IMG/VR virus record: IMGVR_UViG_3300033148_006306
Location: 1 to 52,786 of that record
DNA from: a virus
Lineage: Duplodnaviria; Caudoviricetes
Reading direction: 5' to 3' (one strand)
Length of the DNA stretch: 52,786 nt
This document shows positions 1 through 9,451 of the stretch, one piece after another. The position numbers and the translations under genes were made by a program. Numbering within the stretch: the stretch's first letter is position 1; the number at the start of each line of letters is the position of its first letter. The notes beneath the pieces were generated by a model, which saw nothing but the letters and a program-made list of their open reading frames with translations, was not told where the DNA came from and did no database searches.

Positions 1-12
1 GGTCACCAACAC
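1..12. repeat. 12-bp terminal direct repeat GGTCACCAACAC, left copy (putative cos end)
   Basis: Identical to 52775-52786; lies upstream of the terminase genes as lambda cos does. Confidence 0.8.
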
Positions 13-48
13 TCCGCAAAGTATGTATCTCGGCAGTTTTTCCTGTGA

Positions 49-260
49 TGTCCATGTCCTCTGGGAGTTTCAAAAAAATTATTCAAAAAAGAAATATATT
101 TCTTTTTATTGAAAAATACGATACAATATAACTGTAATTCATAAAATAGACATATCTTTCCATAATCCCAACGGACATATATGGACAAAAAGGGGATAAA
201 AACATATGATAGACTTAGAAAGCCTCGATAATGAAGAGAACATAGAGCGTGTCCATGTCC
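49..260. repeat. cosB-like repeats (putative small terminase binding sites)
   Basis: TGTCCATGTCC at 49-59 and 250-260; inverted variant GGACATATATGGACA at 173-187. Confidence 0.45.
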
Positions 261-445
261 AGACAGGACTGAGTAAAAAGAACATTGGATTGACATATAT
301 CCATAATAAAAAGAAAGATAAAAGTGGAATGTGGAAAGCTTTATCTCTTGGTTCTTTGTGTATGGAGAAAAATATTTCTATGCCAGAATTAGAAATAGCA
401 CTAGAAGAAGCAAAAAAATACAGAGAATTACATGGCAATAGCTAA
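206..445 (+). CDS. Hypothetical protein
   Basis: 79-aa ORF with AGGGG SD, overlaps terS start. Confidence 0.6.
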   Translation: MIDLESLDNEENIERVHVQTGLSKKNIGLTYIHNKKKDKSGMWKALSLGSLCMEKNISMPELEIALEEAKKYRELHGNS

Positions 446-1181
446 AAACACTTCTTCTTCTGAACTAAAAGAACTTCCGAAATGGAAAAAAATAGAAGAA
501 TCAAATGTAGAAATCACGTTAAAAAGATTTATAAGCGATAGGGAAGTGGTTTCAAAACAAGAACTTGTAGGCATATTAGGCAAAAGTGCAAAAACGATAC
601 AAAGGTACATAAGCGATGGTATGCCAGTGCATCAAGCTTCAACAAGGGCATTTCAAATATTTGATATTGAAGAAATAATTGTATGGAGAGACAAGTCAAT
701 AGACAAGGTTAAGTCACAGAAAACAGCTTCTAGGCAAACAGAAATGGAAATTAGTATAAGTGACAATGGTGAAGATGAAGAACTTGTCGCCCTAACAGAT
801 ATGGAGCGTAAGCTCAAAGCAGACGCAGACAAAGCAGAGCATGATGCAGTTATAGCAGACCTAAAAAAGAAAAAAGAAGAAGGCTCACTTATCTCTACTA
901 AAGAGCTAAAAAACACACTAGCCGACTTGACAACGGTTTTTATGACTCTCTATATGAATGATAAAAAACTTCTACCGGTGCAACTACAAAACAAAACCAC
1001 AAATGAGATGAGAGACTATCTTGATCTTCATTATGCAAAAAGGATTGAGGATTTAAAAAGATATGTGGAGTTGGAGTTTGAGGGAAGTGAGCAGAGTTTA
1101 CATGACGTAATATACAAAATCTTAGAGCAACTTCGAGACGGAGTGCACATAGACGAAATACTTAAAAGGATAGAGAAATGA
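432..1181 (+). CDS. terS: Terminase small subunit, Nu1-like
   Basis: Winged-HTH VSKQELVGILGKSAKTIQRYISDGMP followed by coiled coil; upstream of terL. Confidence 0.85.
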   Translation: MAIAKNTSSSELKELPKWKKIEESNVEITLKRFISDREVVSKQELVGILGKSAKTIQRYISDGMPVHQASTRAFQIFDIEEIIVWRDKSIDKVKSQKTASRQTEMEISISDNGEDEELVALTDMERKLKADADKAEHDAVIADLKKKKEEGSLISTKELKNTLADLTTVFMTLYMNDKKLLPVQLQNKTTNEMRDYLDLHYAKRIEDLKRYVELEFEGSEQSLHDVIYKILEQLRDGVHIDEILKRIEK

Positions 1182-1525
1182 GAGAGATTAAATTTAGATT
1201 ATTTGATAGACGAGAAGATAAAATGAAAAAATTGATATATTCTAAAGATTTTGAAGCTTTTAGTTTATCGTATTGTTTAAAAAATGAAAGTGAATATGTT
1301 GTTATGCAATACACTGGACTAAAAGATAAAAATGGTGTAGAGATTTATGAAGGGGATATTGTTAATATTCCAGAGCATTATGAGTATGATTTTTTAGCAA
1401 AAGAAATAAACGAAGTTATTGAATTTGAAGATGGAGCATTTAATATAGATAGTGCAGATATAGCAAATTGCGGAATCACTGTTATCGGGAACATATATGA
1501 AAACAGAGAACTTTTAGAGAAATAA
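1178..1525 (+). CDS. YopX family protein
   Basis: MREIKFR...MQYTGLKDKNGVEIYEGDIV...VIGNIYEN signature. Confidence 0.92.
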   Translation: MREIKFRLFDRREDKMKKLIYSKDFEAFSLSYCLKNESEYVVMQYTGLKDKNGVEIYEGDIVNIPEHYEYDFLAKEINEVIEFEDGAFNIDSADIANCGITVIGNIYENRELLEK

Positions 1526-3496
1526 ATGTCTCACCTAATAAGCCACTATGACCCATCATTACTAAACATCCTAAAGTGGGAAAAGGACATATCCACAAAA
1601 GAGTGGTGTGAAAACAACGTGTATCTCCATACAGATGCTTCACCTACTCCTGGTATGGTTAGGTTTGATGATACTCCACATATTGAAGAGGTGTTGCGAG
1701 ATTTTGATAAAAACTATGTATGGAAACAGCTTTTAAACTGGTCTACACAAACAGGTAAAACTTTTACTATGCAGTGTGCTTGGGCTAAGAGTATGGACAC
1801 TGACCCAGCAAGAGTACAGTGGTCTATAAAAAACAAGAATGATGTTGGAGATTATCTTGAAGAAAAGATATATCCATTTCTTCGTGGAGTAGATTCTCTT
1901 CAGAAAAAGATTATAATTTTAAGTGAAGAAAAAAAGAAAAAACTCAAAGCAGCATCCATAAACATACCAGGTGGAGGTACAACTTTTACTGGTACAACAG
2001 ATGCAGAACTTAGGTCAAAGTCAGCAAAGTATGTTTTTGCAGATGAAATAGCCCTTTATGATAAGGGTAATTTTATAGAGCTTGAGGGTAGAACAAAAGC
2101 CTTTGAGAGACACTTTCGTAAGATAATGGCAGTTTCATCAAGAAAACATCTTAATGATGAAATGGATGTGAACTATAAGACATGTGAGACAGTAAAAGAA
2201 TGGAAAACATACTGTCAAGAGTGTGAAGAATTCTTTTATGCAGGAAGCAAACATCTAAAGTTTATGACTAAAACAGAGTTTATGCAGAAGTTTGACCAAA
2301 AAGAAGAAACATACAATGTTCAGCAGCATGTAAAAGAAGCACTAAAAGACATCTATATAGAATGTCCAAATGAAGAGTGTGAGCATCACATAAGTAATGT
2401 TGAAAAAGATAAAAATATATATGACAGAAAATATAAGTTTGAAATAGTCACCGGTGACGAAGATGGAAGAACGATAGGTTATAAAGCAAACGCTCTTGCA
2501 GTAAGGATAACATCGCTTGAAATCATAGTCTCACTTCTCATAAACGCTGAATATGAAGATGACCAAGATGTGCTCCATCAGTTATATATAGACTACTTTA
2601 ATGAGTTTTATGAAAAAGAATACCACACAGCAGATCAAAACGATATGCTACTACTTGGAAACGGAGTAAAAGAGTACATAGTACCAAAAGACACAGTAAA
2701 GATATATCTCACCATAGATAACCAGATGGACTACCTCTTCGCACAAATAACAGCAGTTGGATATGGAGTAGTGCCACATGTAATGTACTTTGGAAGAATA
2801 GAGACTTGGAGCGATGCTGAAGCACTGTGGGAAATATGTCAATACCTAGAAGACGAAGACGGTGAAAACTACATGGCATCAAAGATGGGTATAGACAGAC
2901 GTGGATATAATGAGGGTCAAATAAGCAGAACAGACGAGGCAGACGCTTTTGTAAACTATATGACTCAAAAATGGGGAGAAGATAGAGTTTATGGGATGGA
3001 AGGTCACGCTGGTTTAACCGGTGGAAAATCTTTTGCAGTAGTAAATCACAAAGACTACTCAAACCAAAGACACGAACTAAAGATAAAGATCATAAAATTC
3101 TCAAATCTATACATCAAAAACCAACTCTTCAGAAGCATAGAAAGAACCATAATAAAAGCAAAAGCTGAAAAAGAAGAAGATGACGGCTTTAACTACAACG
3201 GAAAACTCTTTTACATAAACCAAGACAACATAGACAGAGACATAAAAGGCACTACAAACCTCTCAATAACAAAAATGCTCACAGCAGAAGTCCTAGACTA
3301 CGCAAAGCACCCAAAAACAGGAAAACTAGCACCAGAAAAAAGCTGGATACCAATAAGAAAAAGAAATGATGCAATAGACACATCAACAATGGCACTAACA
3401 TTCGCAGAGATGGATAAAATAATCCTAATGAAAAAACCATCAGGTGAAAACCTAGAAGCAGCACTAAACCAACTAGGAGACTTAGACTTTTCTTGA
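1526..3496 (+). CDS. terL: Terminase large subunit, lambda gpA family
   Basis: 656 aa; TPHIEEVL, Walker A STQTGKT, Walker B VFADE, Cys zinc motifs, C-terminal RNDAIDT nuclease motif. Confidence 0.9.
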   Translation: MSHLISHYDPSLLNILKWEKDISTKEWCENNVYLHTDASPTPGMVRFDDTPHIEEVLRDFDKNYVWKQLLNWSTQTGKTFTMQCAWAKSMDTDPARVQWSIKNKNDVGDYLEEKIYPFLRGVDSLQKKIIILSEEKKKKLKAASINIPGGGTTFTGTTDAELRSKSAKYVFADEIALYDKGNFIELEGRTKAFERHFRKIMAVSSRKHLNDEMDVNYKTCETVKEWKTYCQECEEFFYAGSKHLKFMTKTEFMQKFDQKEETYNVQQHVKEALKDIYIECPNEECEHHISNVEKDKNIYDRKYKFEIVTGDEDGRTIGYKANALAVRITSLEIIVSLLINAEYEDDQDVLHQLYIDYFNEFYEKEYHTADQNDMLLLGNGVKEYIVPKDTVKIYLTIDNQMDYLFAQITAVGYGVVPHVMYFGRIETWSDAEALWEICQYLEDEDGENYMASKMGIDRRGYNEGQISRTDEADAFVNYMTQKWGEDRVYGMEGHAGLTGGKSFAVVNHKDYSNQRHELKIKIIKFSNLYIKNQLFRSIERTIIKAKAEKEEDDGFNYNGKLFYINQDNIDRDIKGTTNLSITKMLTAEVLDYAKHPKTGKLAPEKSWIPIRKRNDAIDTSTMALTFAEMDKIILMKKPSGENLEAALNQLGDLDFS

Positions 3497-3534
3497 TATA
3501 GGTCAATGACTTTCACAAAAAAAAGCTATACAAT
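3493..3534 (+). promoter_or_regulatory. Promoter with FNR-type box at -41.5
   Basis: TTGATATAGGTCAA (3493-3506), 22 bp spacer, TACAAT (3529-3534). Confidence 0.7.
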
Positions 3535-3552
3535 GCTACAAAAGGATGCAAA

Positions 3553-4092
3553 ATGAACAAACATAAATTTGAAAACCCAAAAGCAGACGTAATACTAAAA
3601 GATGAAGAGGCTGTGATATATCTAAACTACTTAAAAGACAAAGGCTATGATTCAATAGATGAATTGGTAAAAAAATATAAAAATGAAGTTCAAGAAACCA
3701 CAGATAGATTAAAATATTTACGCGTAAGTTATCGTATGGAGCAAGGAATCAACAATGACATCAAAGAGGTGTTATATGGATTAAGCAGCAGACTTTCTTT
3801 ATATAGGGTTTATGGCTACGAACTCCACATGCGAAGAGAGCGTTATGTACAAGTAGCTATCGCATATATTTCCAAGAATCAGGCAGATATAGAAAGAATA
3901 CATAAATTATTTGCCGATGTTATCAAAGATAAAGCAAACGAGTTAGCCTCAGAAGCAATAGAAGAAAGACAAAAGCTATGTGATGAAGATAACAGGCTAA
4001 CAAAGCTAGAATACAAACTAAAACTCTCTAAATGGGAAAAAACATTCTGGAGAAGAGTCTTTAAAAAATTGTTTATGAAAAAGAAAACTTAA
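3553..4092 (+). CDS. Hypothetical coiled-coil protein
   Basis: 179-aa ORF, AAGGA SD. Confidence 0.75.
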   Translation: MNKHKFENPKADVILKDEEAVIYLNYLKDKGYDSIDELVKKYKNEVQETTDRLKYLRVSYRMEQGINNDIKEVLYGLSSRLSLYRVYGYELHMRRERYVQVAIAYISKNQADIERIHKLFADVIKDKANELASEAIEERQKLCDEDNRLTKLEYKLKLSKWEKTFWRRVFKKLFMKKKT

Positions 4093-4130
4093 TATAAGTC
4101 AAGGACAAAGAAACCAAAATAGTATATAAT
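4089..4130 (+). promoter_or_regulatory. Promoter with FNR-type box at -41.5
   Basis: TTAATATAAGTCAA (4089-4102), 22 bp spacer, TATAAT (4125-4130). Confidence 0.7.
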
Positions 4131-4153
4131 TTGGGTAAAGATTAGGAGATATT

Positions 4154-4405
4154 ATGAAAAAGCAAGACATCGCAGATATTACAGATTTTTTAGATACTGA
4201 AATCTGTGATTATGATTTAGAATATGATTATGAGATAGTAGATGATGTGATGCTAGTAACATTTATAGGGCACTTTACAAGCAATAGTGAAATTGAAATG
4301 ACTTTTAGATGTGTTGGTGGAAATCCTGAGTTTTATGGACTATGCGATAGCTACATTCACGCTGATACTAGAAGCTTCTGGATTAACTTTATGGGGAGTT
4401 TATAG
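4154..4405 (+). CDS. Hypothetical acidic protein
   Basis: AGGAG SD, 83 aa. Confidence 0.7.
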   Translation: MKKQDIADITDFLDTEICDYDLEYDYEIVDDVMLVTFIGHFTSNSEIEMTFRCVGGNPEFYGLCDSYIHADTRSFWINFMGSL

Positions 4406-4406
4406 T

Positions 4407-4613
4407 ATGGTATATGTAGCAGTAGATTATGATGGCAGCGAGGTAATTGTTGGGTTGGAAACAAAATATAGTTATATGTTAGAAGATAAAAGAGTTTCGC
4501 TTCGTATGGGAGTGGTTGATGCAAAAGTAATAGCTAAAGGCTCAATAGAAAAACTAATAGGCAAAAAGATAACTTGGGAAGATGAGCCAGTAGAACTAAA
4601 GGAAGAGTTATGA
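4407..4613 (+). CDS. Hypothetical phage protein
   Basis: MVYVAVDYDG...IEKLIGKKITWEDEPVEL; start moved to ATG 4407 with GGAG SD. Confidence 0.7.
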   Translation: MVYVAVDYDGSEVIVGLETKYSYMLEDKRVSLRMGVVDAKVIAKGSIEKLIGKKITWEDEPVELKEEL

Positions 4614-4885
4614 GTGAAGTTGTTACAGAAGAAGATATATTAAGATTTGCTGACAACACAATAAGAATTACACGGGATATGCTAAGATGTGAAGACTTTA
4701 ATGGAGTAAGAGAGCGTTTAAGAACAGTAACGCTAGCAGGCTTTATATATGAAGACAGTTTAATAATGAGAGCTTCTTTATCTGAGCCTTTTATTGAGTT
4801 TTGTCAAGACACATTAGATTTTAGTATGGAAGAGATGTTAGAGCATGATAGCAGACTAATAGCACAAGCCAAATTGATCGCATAA
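4610..4885 (+). CDS. Hypothetical protein
   Basis: ATGA overlap with upstream gene. Confidence 0.7.
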   Translation: MSEVVTEEDILRFADNTIRITRDMLRCEDFNGVRERLRTVTLAGFIYEDSLIMRASLSEPFIEFCQDTLDFSMEEMLEHDSRLIAQAKLIA

Positions 4886-4905
4886 GAAATGAAGAGGAGT
4901 AGATA

Positions 4906-5274
4906 GTGTATAAAGAAAAGATAATAGCTTCATTAGATAAACTAGCAAATGGAGAACTAAAAGCTCTATGGGAGCGAATACAGTTTGATTTTGTACCAGA
5001 TATAGGAGAAAAAGCTATGCTAAGAGATGATATAAAAGATAAAGTTTCAGACATAATTACTTCAAACCTAACAGACCCCAGACTTGTAGTTCAAGAGCAA
5101 CACAACTGGGTAGAGTTAAATATGGATGCAGTAGATGTGACTGAGTTGAGTTGTTTTATTGAAGCAGAGTTTGACATAGACTTCATTAGTCCAGACGCAG
5201 TAAGCAAATGGAACACAGTAGCAGACATAGTAAACTACATAGAAGATCAATTAGAAGGAAAAGACAATGGATAG
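4906..5274 (+). CDS. Acyl-carrier-protein-like protein lacking the phosphopantetheine serine
   Basis: C-terminal ~80 aa align to AcpP; LNMDAVDVTEL corresponds to LGADSLDTVEL, followed by IEAEFDI and TVADIVNYI. Confidence 0.8.
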   Translation: MYKEKIIASLDKLANGELKALWERIQFDFVPDIGEKAMLRDDIKDKVSDIITSNLTDPRLVVQEQHNWVELNMDAVDVTELSCFIEAEFDIDFISPDAVSKWNTVADIVNYIEDQLEGKDNG

Positions 5275-5575
5275 TTTTATCAAAAAATTATTATATCCTA
5301 AGTATGTTATTATGAAAGGTATACAGATAGATAATAGGGCGATTATGTTTTTAGGGATAAATACTAAATTAACAAAAGAAAAACTTTATAACCATAATGT
5401 TTTGGAATTTTCTAATCATAGCAGTCAATATTATACATCAAATATTTACAAGAGAATTTATACATTTAAACAGCTTTTGAAGTGGTATAGATTATTAGGC
5501 AAAAAAGACTCTAAGTGCTTAGAATATAAATCATTTAAATGGCAACATATCAAAGAAAAAGGACTCCTAAAATGA
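5267..5575 (+). CDS. Hypothetical protein
   Basis: Overlapping ORF in operon. Confidence 0.6.
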   Translation: MDSFIKKLLYPKYVIMKGIQIDNRAIMFLGINTKLTKEKLYNHNVLEFSNHSSQYYTSNIYKRIYTFKQLLKWYRLLGKKDSKCLEYKSFKWQHIKEKGLLK

Positions 5576-5748
5576 AAACACACATAGTATCAGAAGTAGT
5601 AGATGGAAGAGTAATTGAAACACCACTATCAGAACAACAAGCAAAAAAACTATATAAAAAACTAAAAAAAGCCGGAGCAGACACAAAGCTATATAAACGA
5701 TGCACAGAGCAAGTAGAGAAACCAGATATGCCAAAAGCGGAAGTGTGA
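5572..5748 (+). CDS. Hypothetical protein
   Basis: ATG 5572 with AAGGA SD. Confidence 0.6.
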   Translation: MKTHIVSEVVDGRVIETPLSEQQAKKLYKKLKKAGADTKLYKRCTEQVEKPDMPKAEV

Positions 5749-5749
5749 G

Positions 5750-6148
5750 ATGAGCAGTGCAGTAGATCATAAAAAAGTAAAAATACAAGAAATAATATGC
5801 GGTTGTCTCAGAAGCAACACTGAAGCGATAGCTATAGACACAATAGCTAGTTTCATAATAGAGCAAGACTCGAAGCTAGAAGATGAGATAAAGTGGAAAA
5901 CCGCTCAGATAGAAAATATGAAACAAAAGATAGAAGAACTTGAATTTAACATGTCAGAACACAAAAGACTTCATAGTGAACTTAATGATATTCTTCATCC
6001 AAATGGGGATAAGCCTGAAAATCCATCTCTTTGTGATTTAGTTGCTTATGTACGGAAAGATTTAAAGAAACCAAAACTATCTGACTATACAATAGATGAA
6101 TTGGTAATGGAAATAGAGGACAGAGGTCAAGAAATTGGATTTATGTAA
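5750..6148 (+). CDS. Hypothetical protein
   Basis: 132-aa ORF in operon. Confidence 0.65.
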   Translation: MSSAVDHKKVKIQEIICGCLRSNTEAIAIDTIASFIIEQDSKLEDEIKWKTAQIENMKQKIEELEFNMSEHKRLHSELNDILHPNGDKPENPSLCDLVAYVRKDLKKPKLSDYTIDELVMEIEDRGQEIGFM

Positions 6149-6166
6149 TAAATGGGGGAAGAGATA

Positions 6167-6670
6167 ATGAGCACTATAACTTTTAAAGACACAAACGAAA
6201 CATTTGAGATAATGGCACAAGACAAACGATACTTAATTTGTCAAAGACCATATACTGTAGCAGAGAGAGCTTTGGAAATAAAAAAGCATGATGAAGGCTT
6301 CGAGGAAGCTCTGAAAGAAGAGTTTGAGACAGTAGCAAAACATTTTAACTATGACTATGATGAGTTTTGTGATGATGATGACCAACGCGACAGAATATGG
6401 GATAATTATAGCGATGAATGTGGAGAACAACCAGAGCCATTGAGCGAAGACACTTTCTGCTACACAATAGTAGACCTACAAGAAAAGAAAAGAGCACCTG
6501 ATAACTACTACTGCAAATTCAACTACGATAAAAAAGAAGAGTGTAAAAAGGCTCTAAAAGAACTAAACACAATCACAAAAGAATCTAAGGGCACTCCTTG
6601 CGAAGAGTATGAAATGCAACTATCAAGAAGAAGATCAATAGAACTCTCAGAGTATGAGATAAAGGAATAG
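6167..6670 (+). CDS. Hypothetical acidic protein
   Basis: ORF in operon; alternative start at 6152. Confidence 0.7.
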   Translation: MSTITFKDTNETFEIMAQDKRYLICQRPYTVAERALEIKKHDEGFEEALKEEFETVAKHFNYDYDEFCDDDDQRDRIWDNYSDECGEQPEPLSEDTFCYTIVDLQEKKRAPDNYYCKFNYDKKEECKKALKELNTITKESKGTPCEEYEMQLSRRRSIELSEYEIKE

Positions 6671-6672
6671 AG

Positions 6673-6897
6673 ATGAGTAAGAAGCTAATAGCAACAAGGG
6701 TATTTTATAGCTATCAAGGATTAAACAATCAAAATAGTATAATTTCACATGGCAGTGGAGCTATAGATGTTCCTGACGAAGAACTATTTGACTTTTTATT
6801 AAAAGGAGCACAAAATAGTAATAGTGAAGTAGCATCAATTCAGATTTTATCAATATGCCCCTTAGAATTAAAAGAAGTAAAAGATGCCGAAGAATAA
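6673..6897 (+). CDS. Hypothetical protein
   Basis: AAGGA SD. Confidence 0.6.
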   Translation: MSKKLIATRVFYSYQGLNNQNSIISHGSGAIDVPDEELFDFLLKGAQNSNSEVASIQILSICPLELKEVKDAEE

Positions 6898-7132
6898 TCT
6901 AAAACACGGTGTACTACTACTAATAACCCACCAAGAAGAACTAAACCAACTAAGTGAGGTGCAAGACGGTGTTGAGGTAGATGCTCTGTTCATAAACGAA
7001 CCATACTTAGTCTTCATGGATGAAGTGCTACACATAGTGCCAAGAAGCCAACTAGAAGACGGTCACTTTATGAGTGAAGTTAAACCAAGGAAGTTTAAGT
7101 CTTGGTATAAATCAATAAGAAGGAAGATGTAA
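6884..7132 (+). CDS. Hypothetical protein
   Basis: Overlapping ORF in operon. Confidence 0.6.
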   Translation: MPKNNLKHGVLLLITHQEELNQLSEVQDGVEVDALFINEPYLVFMDEVLHIVPRSQLEDGHFMSEVKPRKFKSWYKSIRRKM

Positions 7133-7342
7133 ATGCAGACAAGACTAGAAAGCTTCATAGAAGTGCTACATAACCAATGGTCAGGAATAGTTGTGGGATG
7201 GTGTATAGTTTTCTTTCTATTTCCATTGTTTGACCATTTGCAACAACACTGGGTAGCAACAATATCAACAATACTGTTTTTTATGTCCTCTTTTATGAGA
7301 ATGTGGATAATAAGAAGATACTTTAACGGGAGAGTGAAATGA
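7133..7342 (+). CDS. Small two-TM membrane protein (MQTRLESFIE...RRYFN type seen beside phage methyltransferases)
   Basis: Two hydrophobic segments and conserved-looking termini. Confidence 0.7.
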   Translation: MQTRLESFIEVLHNQWSGIVVGWCIVFFLFPLFDHLQQHWVATISTILFFMSSFMRMWIIRRYFNGRVK

Positions 7343-7863
7343 TAGAAAGTAAAAAAGTTTTATATTCAAAAGGCAATAGTGACGAGCAATACACACCTGC
7401 TTATGCAGTAGAGCCTATCTTAGAGTTTATTCCAAAAGATGCTATAGTTTGGTGTCCATTTGATAAAGCGGACAGTGAGTTTGTAAAACAGATACGCAAA
7501 AAAGGAAACACAGTAATAATAAGCCATATAGACGATGATAAATGCTTTTTTGAATACGAACCTGCCGAATGGGATATTTTAATCTCAAATCCACCTTTCA
7601 CAAACAAGCGTAAGTATTTTGAGAGAGCATTGAGTTTTAACAAACCTTTTGCTTTAGTAATGACAAATACTTGGCTAAACGACTCAGCACCAAAACAACT
7701 CTTCAAATACAAAGACTTACAACTACTGATGTTTGATAAAAGAATGAAATTTGTAAATCCTGATGGCAGAGCAAATAATAAAATAACTTTCAGCAGCAGC
7801 TACTACTGTTGGAACTTTTTACCAAAACAAATAATAATGAAAGAATTAGTGATAAAAACTTGA
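7339..7863 (+). CDS. Phage N6-adenine DNA methyltransferase
   Basis: DEQYTP, IVWCPFD and catalytic ISNPPF motifs. Confidence 0.85.
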   Translation: MIESKKVLYSKGNSDEQYTPAYAVEPILEFIPKDAIVWCPFDKADSEFVKQIRKKGNTVIISHIDDDKCFFEYEPAEWDILISNPPFTNKRKYFERALSFNKPFALVMTNTWLNDSAPKQLFKYKDLQLLMFDKRMKFVNPDGRANNKITFSSSYYCWNFLPKQIIMKELVIKT

Positions 7864-7901
7864 TATGAATCAAGGCAATAAAACCAAACCTATGTAATAA
7901 T
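7860..7901 (+). promoter_or_regulatory. Promoter with FNR-type box at -41.5
   Basis: TTGATATGAATCAA (7860-7873), 22 bp spacer, TGt-AATAAT (-10 at 7896-7901). Confidence 0.65.
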
Positions 7902-7918
7902 ACACAAAAGGATAAAAA

Positions 7919-8131
7919 GTGAAACTCTGGGAAATATATTTTCATAGCGTAATGTGTTTTGAGAAAGGTCTTTATGTCTTACAGTCAGAAAATGAACCAA
8001 CAGAAGAAGAATGTCTAAAAGCACTATATGAAAACACATACACCGGAACAATCTACTTCGAGTCAGTAGAAGAGATAACCGAAAAAGAACTAAGATATAA
8101 AAAATACACACTAATGCAGAAGGATAATTAA
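7919..8131 (+). CDS. Hypothetical protein
   Basis: GTG start with AAGGA SD. Confidence 0.6.
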   Translation: MKLWEIYFHSVMCFEKGLYVLQSENEPTEEECLKALYENTYTGTIYFESVEEITEKELRYKKYTLMQKDN

Positions 8132-8317
8132 ATGGGTACTGTAAAAACTAAACAAAAATATGAATGTGACTCTTGTGGAAAAGTTGGCGTATGGTCTAAA
8201 GGATGGCTACATAGAACAATATATCATAGAAGATGGGATGAATTAATAACTGTTTGCAGCGAGAAATGTGCAGATAAATATGATGGTAAGAAGAACAAAG
8301 AAAATGCAAAAGTGTAA
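8132..8317 (+). CDS. Small zinc-finger-like protein
   Basis: CDSC...CSEKC. Confidence 0.65.
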   Translation: MGTVKTKQKYECDSCGKVGVWSKGWLHRTIYHRRWDELITVCSEKCADKYDGKKNKENAKV

Positions 8318-8489
8318 CGGTAGATTTTGTGAGTATAAAGATGTATGTCTTCATGCTATTGAAGCACAAAAGCTCATACACATAAAAGATAAATGGATAA
8401 AAGTAGAACTATGCAGAACAGGATTACTGAGTGTAGATGGTAAAAAGTACCTAAGACTACCATTCACAGACCTGCTACTAAAGGACTAA
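8304..8489 (+). CDS. Small Cys-containing protein
   Basis: MQKCNGRFCEYKDVC; start moved to ATG 8304. Confidence 0.55.
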   Translation: MQKCNGRFCEYKDVCLHAIEAQKLIHIKDKWIKVELCRTGLLSVDGKKYLRLPFTDLLLKD

Positions 8490-8490
8490 A

Positions 8491-8664
8491 ATGCTAAAGC
8501 ATGAAAAACGCAACATAAAAGAAAAATACAACACTATAAAAGCAAGAGCAATCGCAGGAGAATATGATACGCAAATAATCATAACTCTAATAATAGCAGC
8601 AGTTCTAGGAAGTATTAGTGCCGTATATGTATGGGAATGGTTTAAAAGATGGTTACAACAATAA
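8491..8664 (+). CDS. Small membrane protein (57 aa, not in ORF track)
   Basis: AAGGA SD; single TM segment IIITLIIAAVLGSISAVYVW. Confidence 0.6.
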   Translation: MLKHEKRNIKEKYNTIKARAIAGEYDTQIIITLIIAAVLGSISAVYVWEWFKRWLQQ

Positions 8665-8843
8665 GCTGTTCATACATCTCTGATGGTAAGGTAATAGCTC
8701 AAAATGAAGATGCTACCTATGTCTATAAGCACAATCTTTCAGAAGAGGGAACTCTAAAGCTTCTAAAGTTACTAGGTAAAACACCGGAGATAAACGAAGA
8801 ACACTGGATAGTAGAGTGGGAAAAGAGTGCTTGTGGTTTTTAG
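8649..8843 (+). CDS. Hypothetical protein
   Basis: Overlapping ORF in operon. Confidence 0.55.
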   Translation: MVTTISCSYISDGKVIAQNEDATYVYKHNLSEEGTLKLLKLLGKTPEINEEHWIVEWEKSACGF

Positions 8844-8876
8844 AGCAGAAGTGATATAATACAAAAAAGGAAAAAC

Positions 8877-9221
8877 ATGATAATCTACAGTAAAAACGAA
8901 AACTACAAAATATGGGCAAACACAAAAGATTTTACATTTCATATCCAGATGGAAGGTCAAGAGATAGAAGAAGAAGGCTATCAAACATCAGGACTAGCAA
9001 TAGAACAAGCGGAACAAAACATACCAAAAGAAGTAGCGATAACTCTAACAAAATGCTCAACACCTAAAACAATGAAGTGTCCTCTGTGTGAAGACTGCAT
9101 AAGAAACCAACCCTCAACACACCAACTAGAAGACTATGAACAGTTCAACCCAAAGAAAGCACCAATGCGACCTTGGATTTGTGATGGCTATGAACATAAA
9201 GACCAAAAGAGTCTACTATGA
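8877..9221 (+). CDS. Hypothetical protein with C-terminal Cys-rich domain
   Basis: TGATATAAT promoter at 8852-8860, AAGGA SD. Confidence 0.7.
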   Translation: MIIYSKNENYKIWANTKDFTFHIQMEGQEIEEEGYQTSGLAIEQAEQNIPKEVAITLTKCSTPKTMKCPLCEDCIRNQPSTHQLEDYEQFNPKKAPMRPWICDGYEHKDQKSLL

Positions 9222-9451
9222 AAACAGACTACGCATACTGCTTAGACGAACATACCTGTATCCACAGAAGAGGGTGCAGAAGATGGATAGGAAACTACCC
9301 CAATGAAGAAGTAAAAGAACTTACAAACAGTAACAGAGATGAATACATAAACGACAAAGACTGTGTACCAAATTACAGTGATGTAAACTGCGAGAACGAC
9401 TTTGATATGCTAGATAGATATAGACTAAGTGATGGGAGTGAGATGAAATGA
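9218..9451 (+). CDS. Small Cys-rich protein
   Basis: DYAYC...C...GCRR. Confidence 0.65.
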   Translation: MKTDYAYCLDEHTCIHRRGCRRWIGNYPNEEVKELTNSNRDEYINDKDCVPNYSDVNCENDFDMLDRYRLSDGSEMK

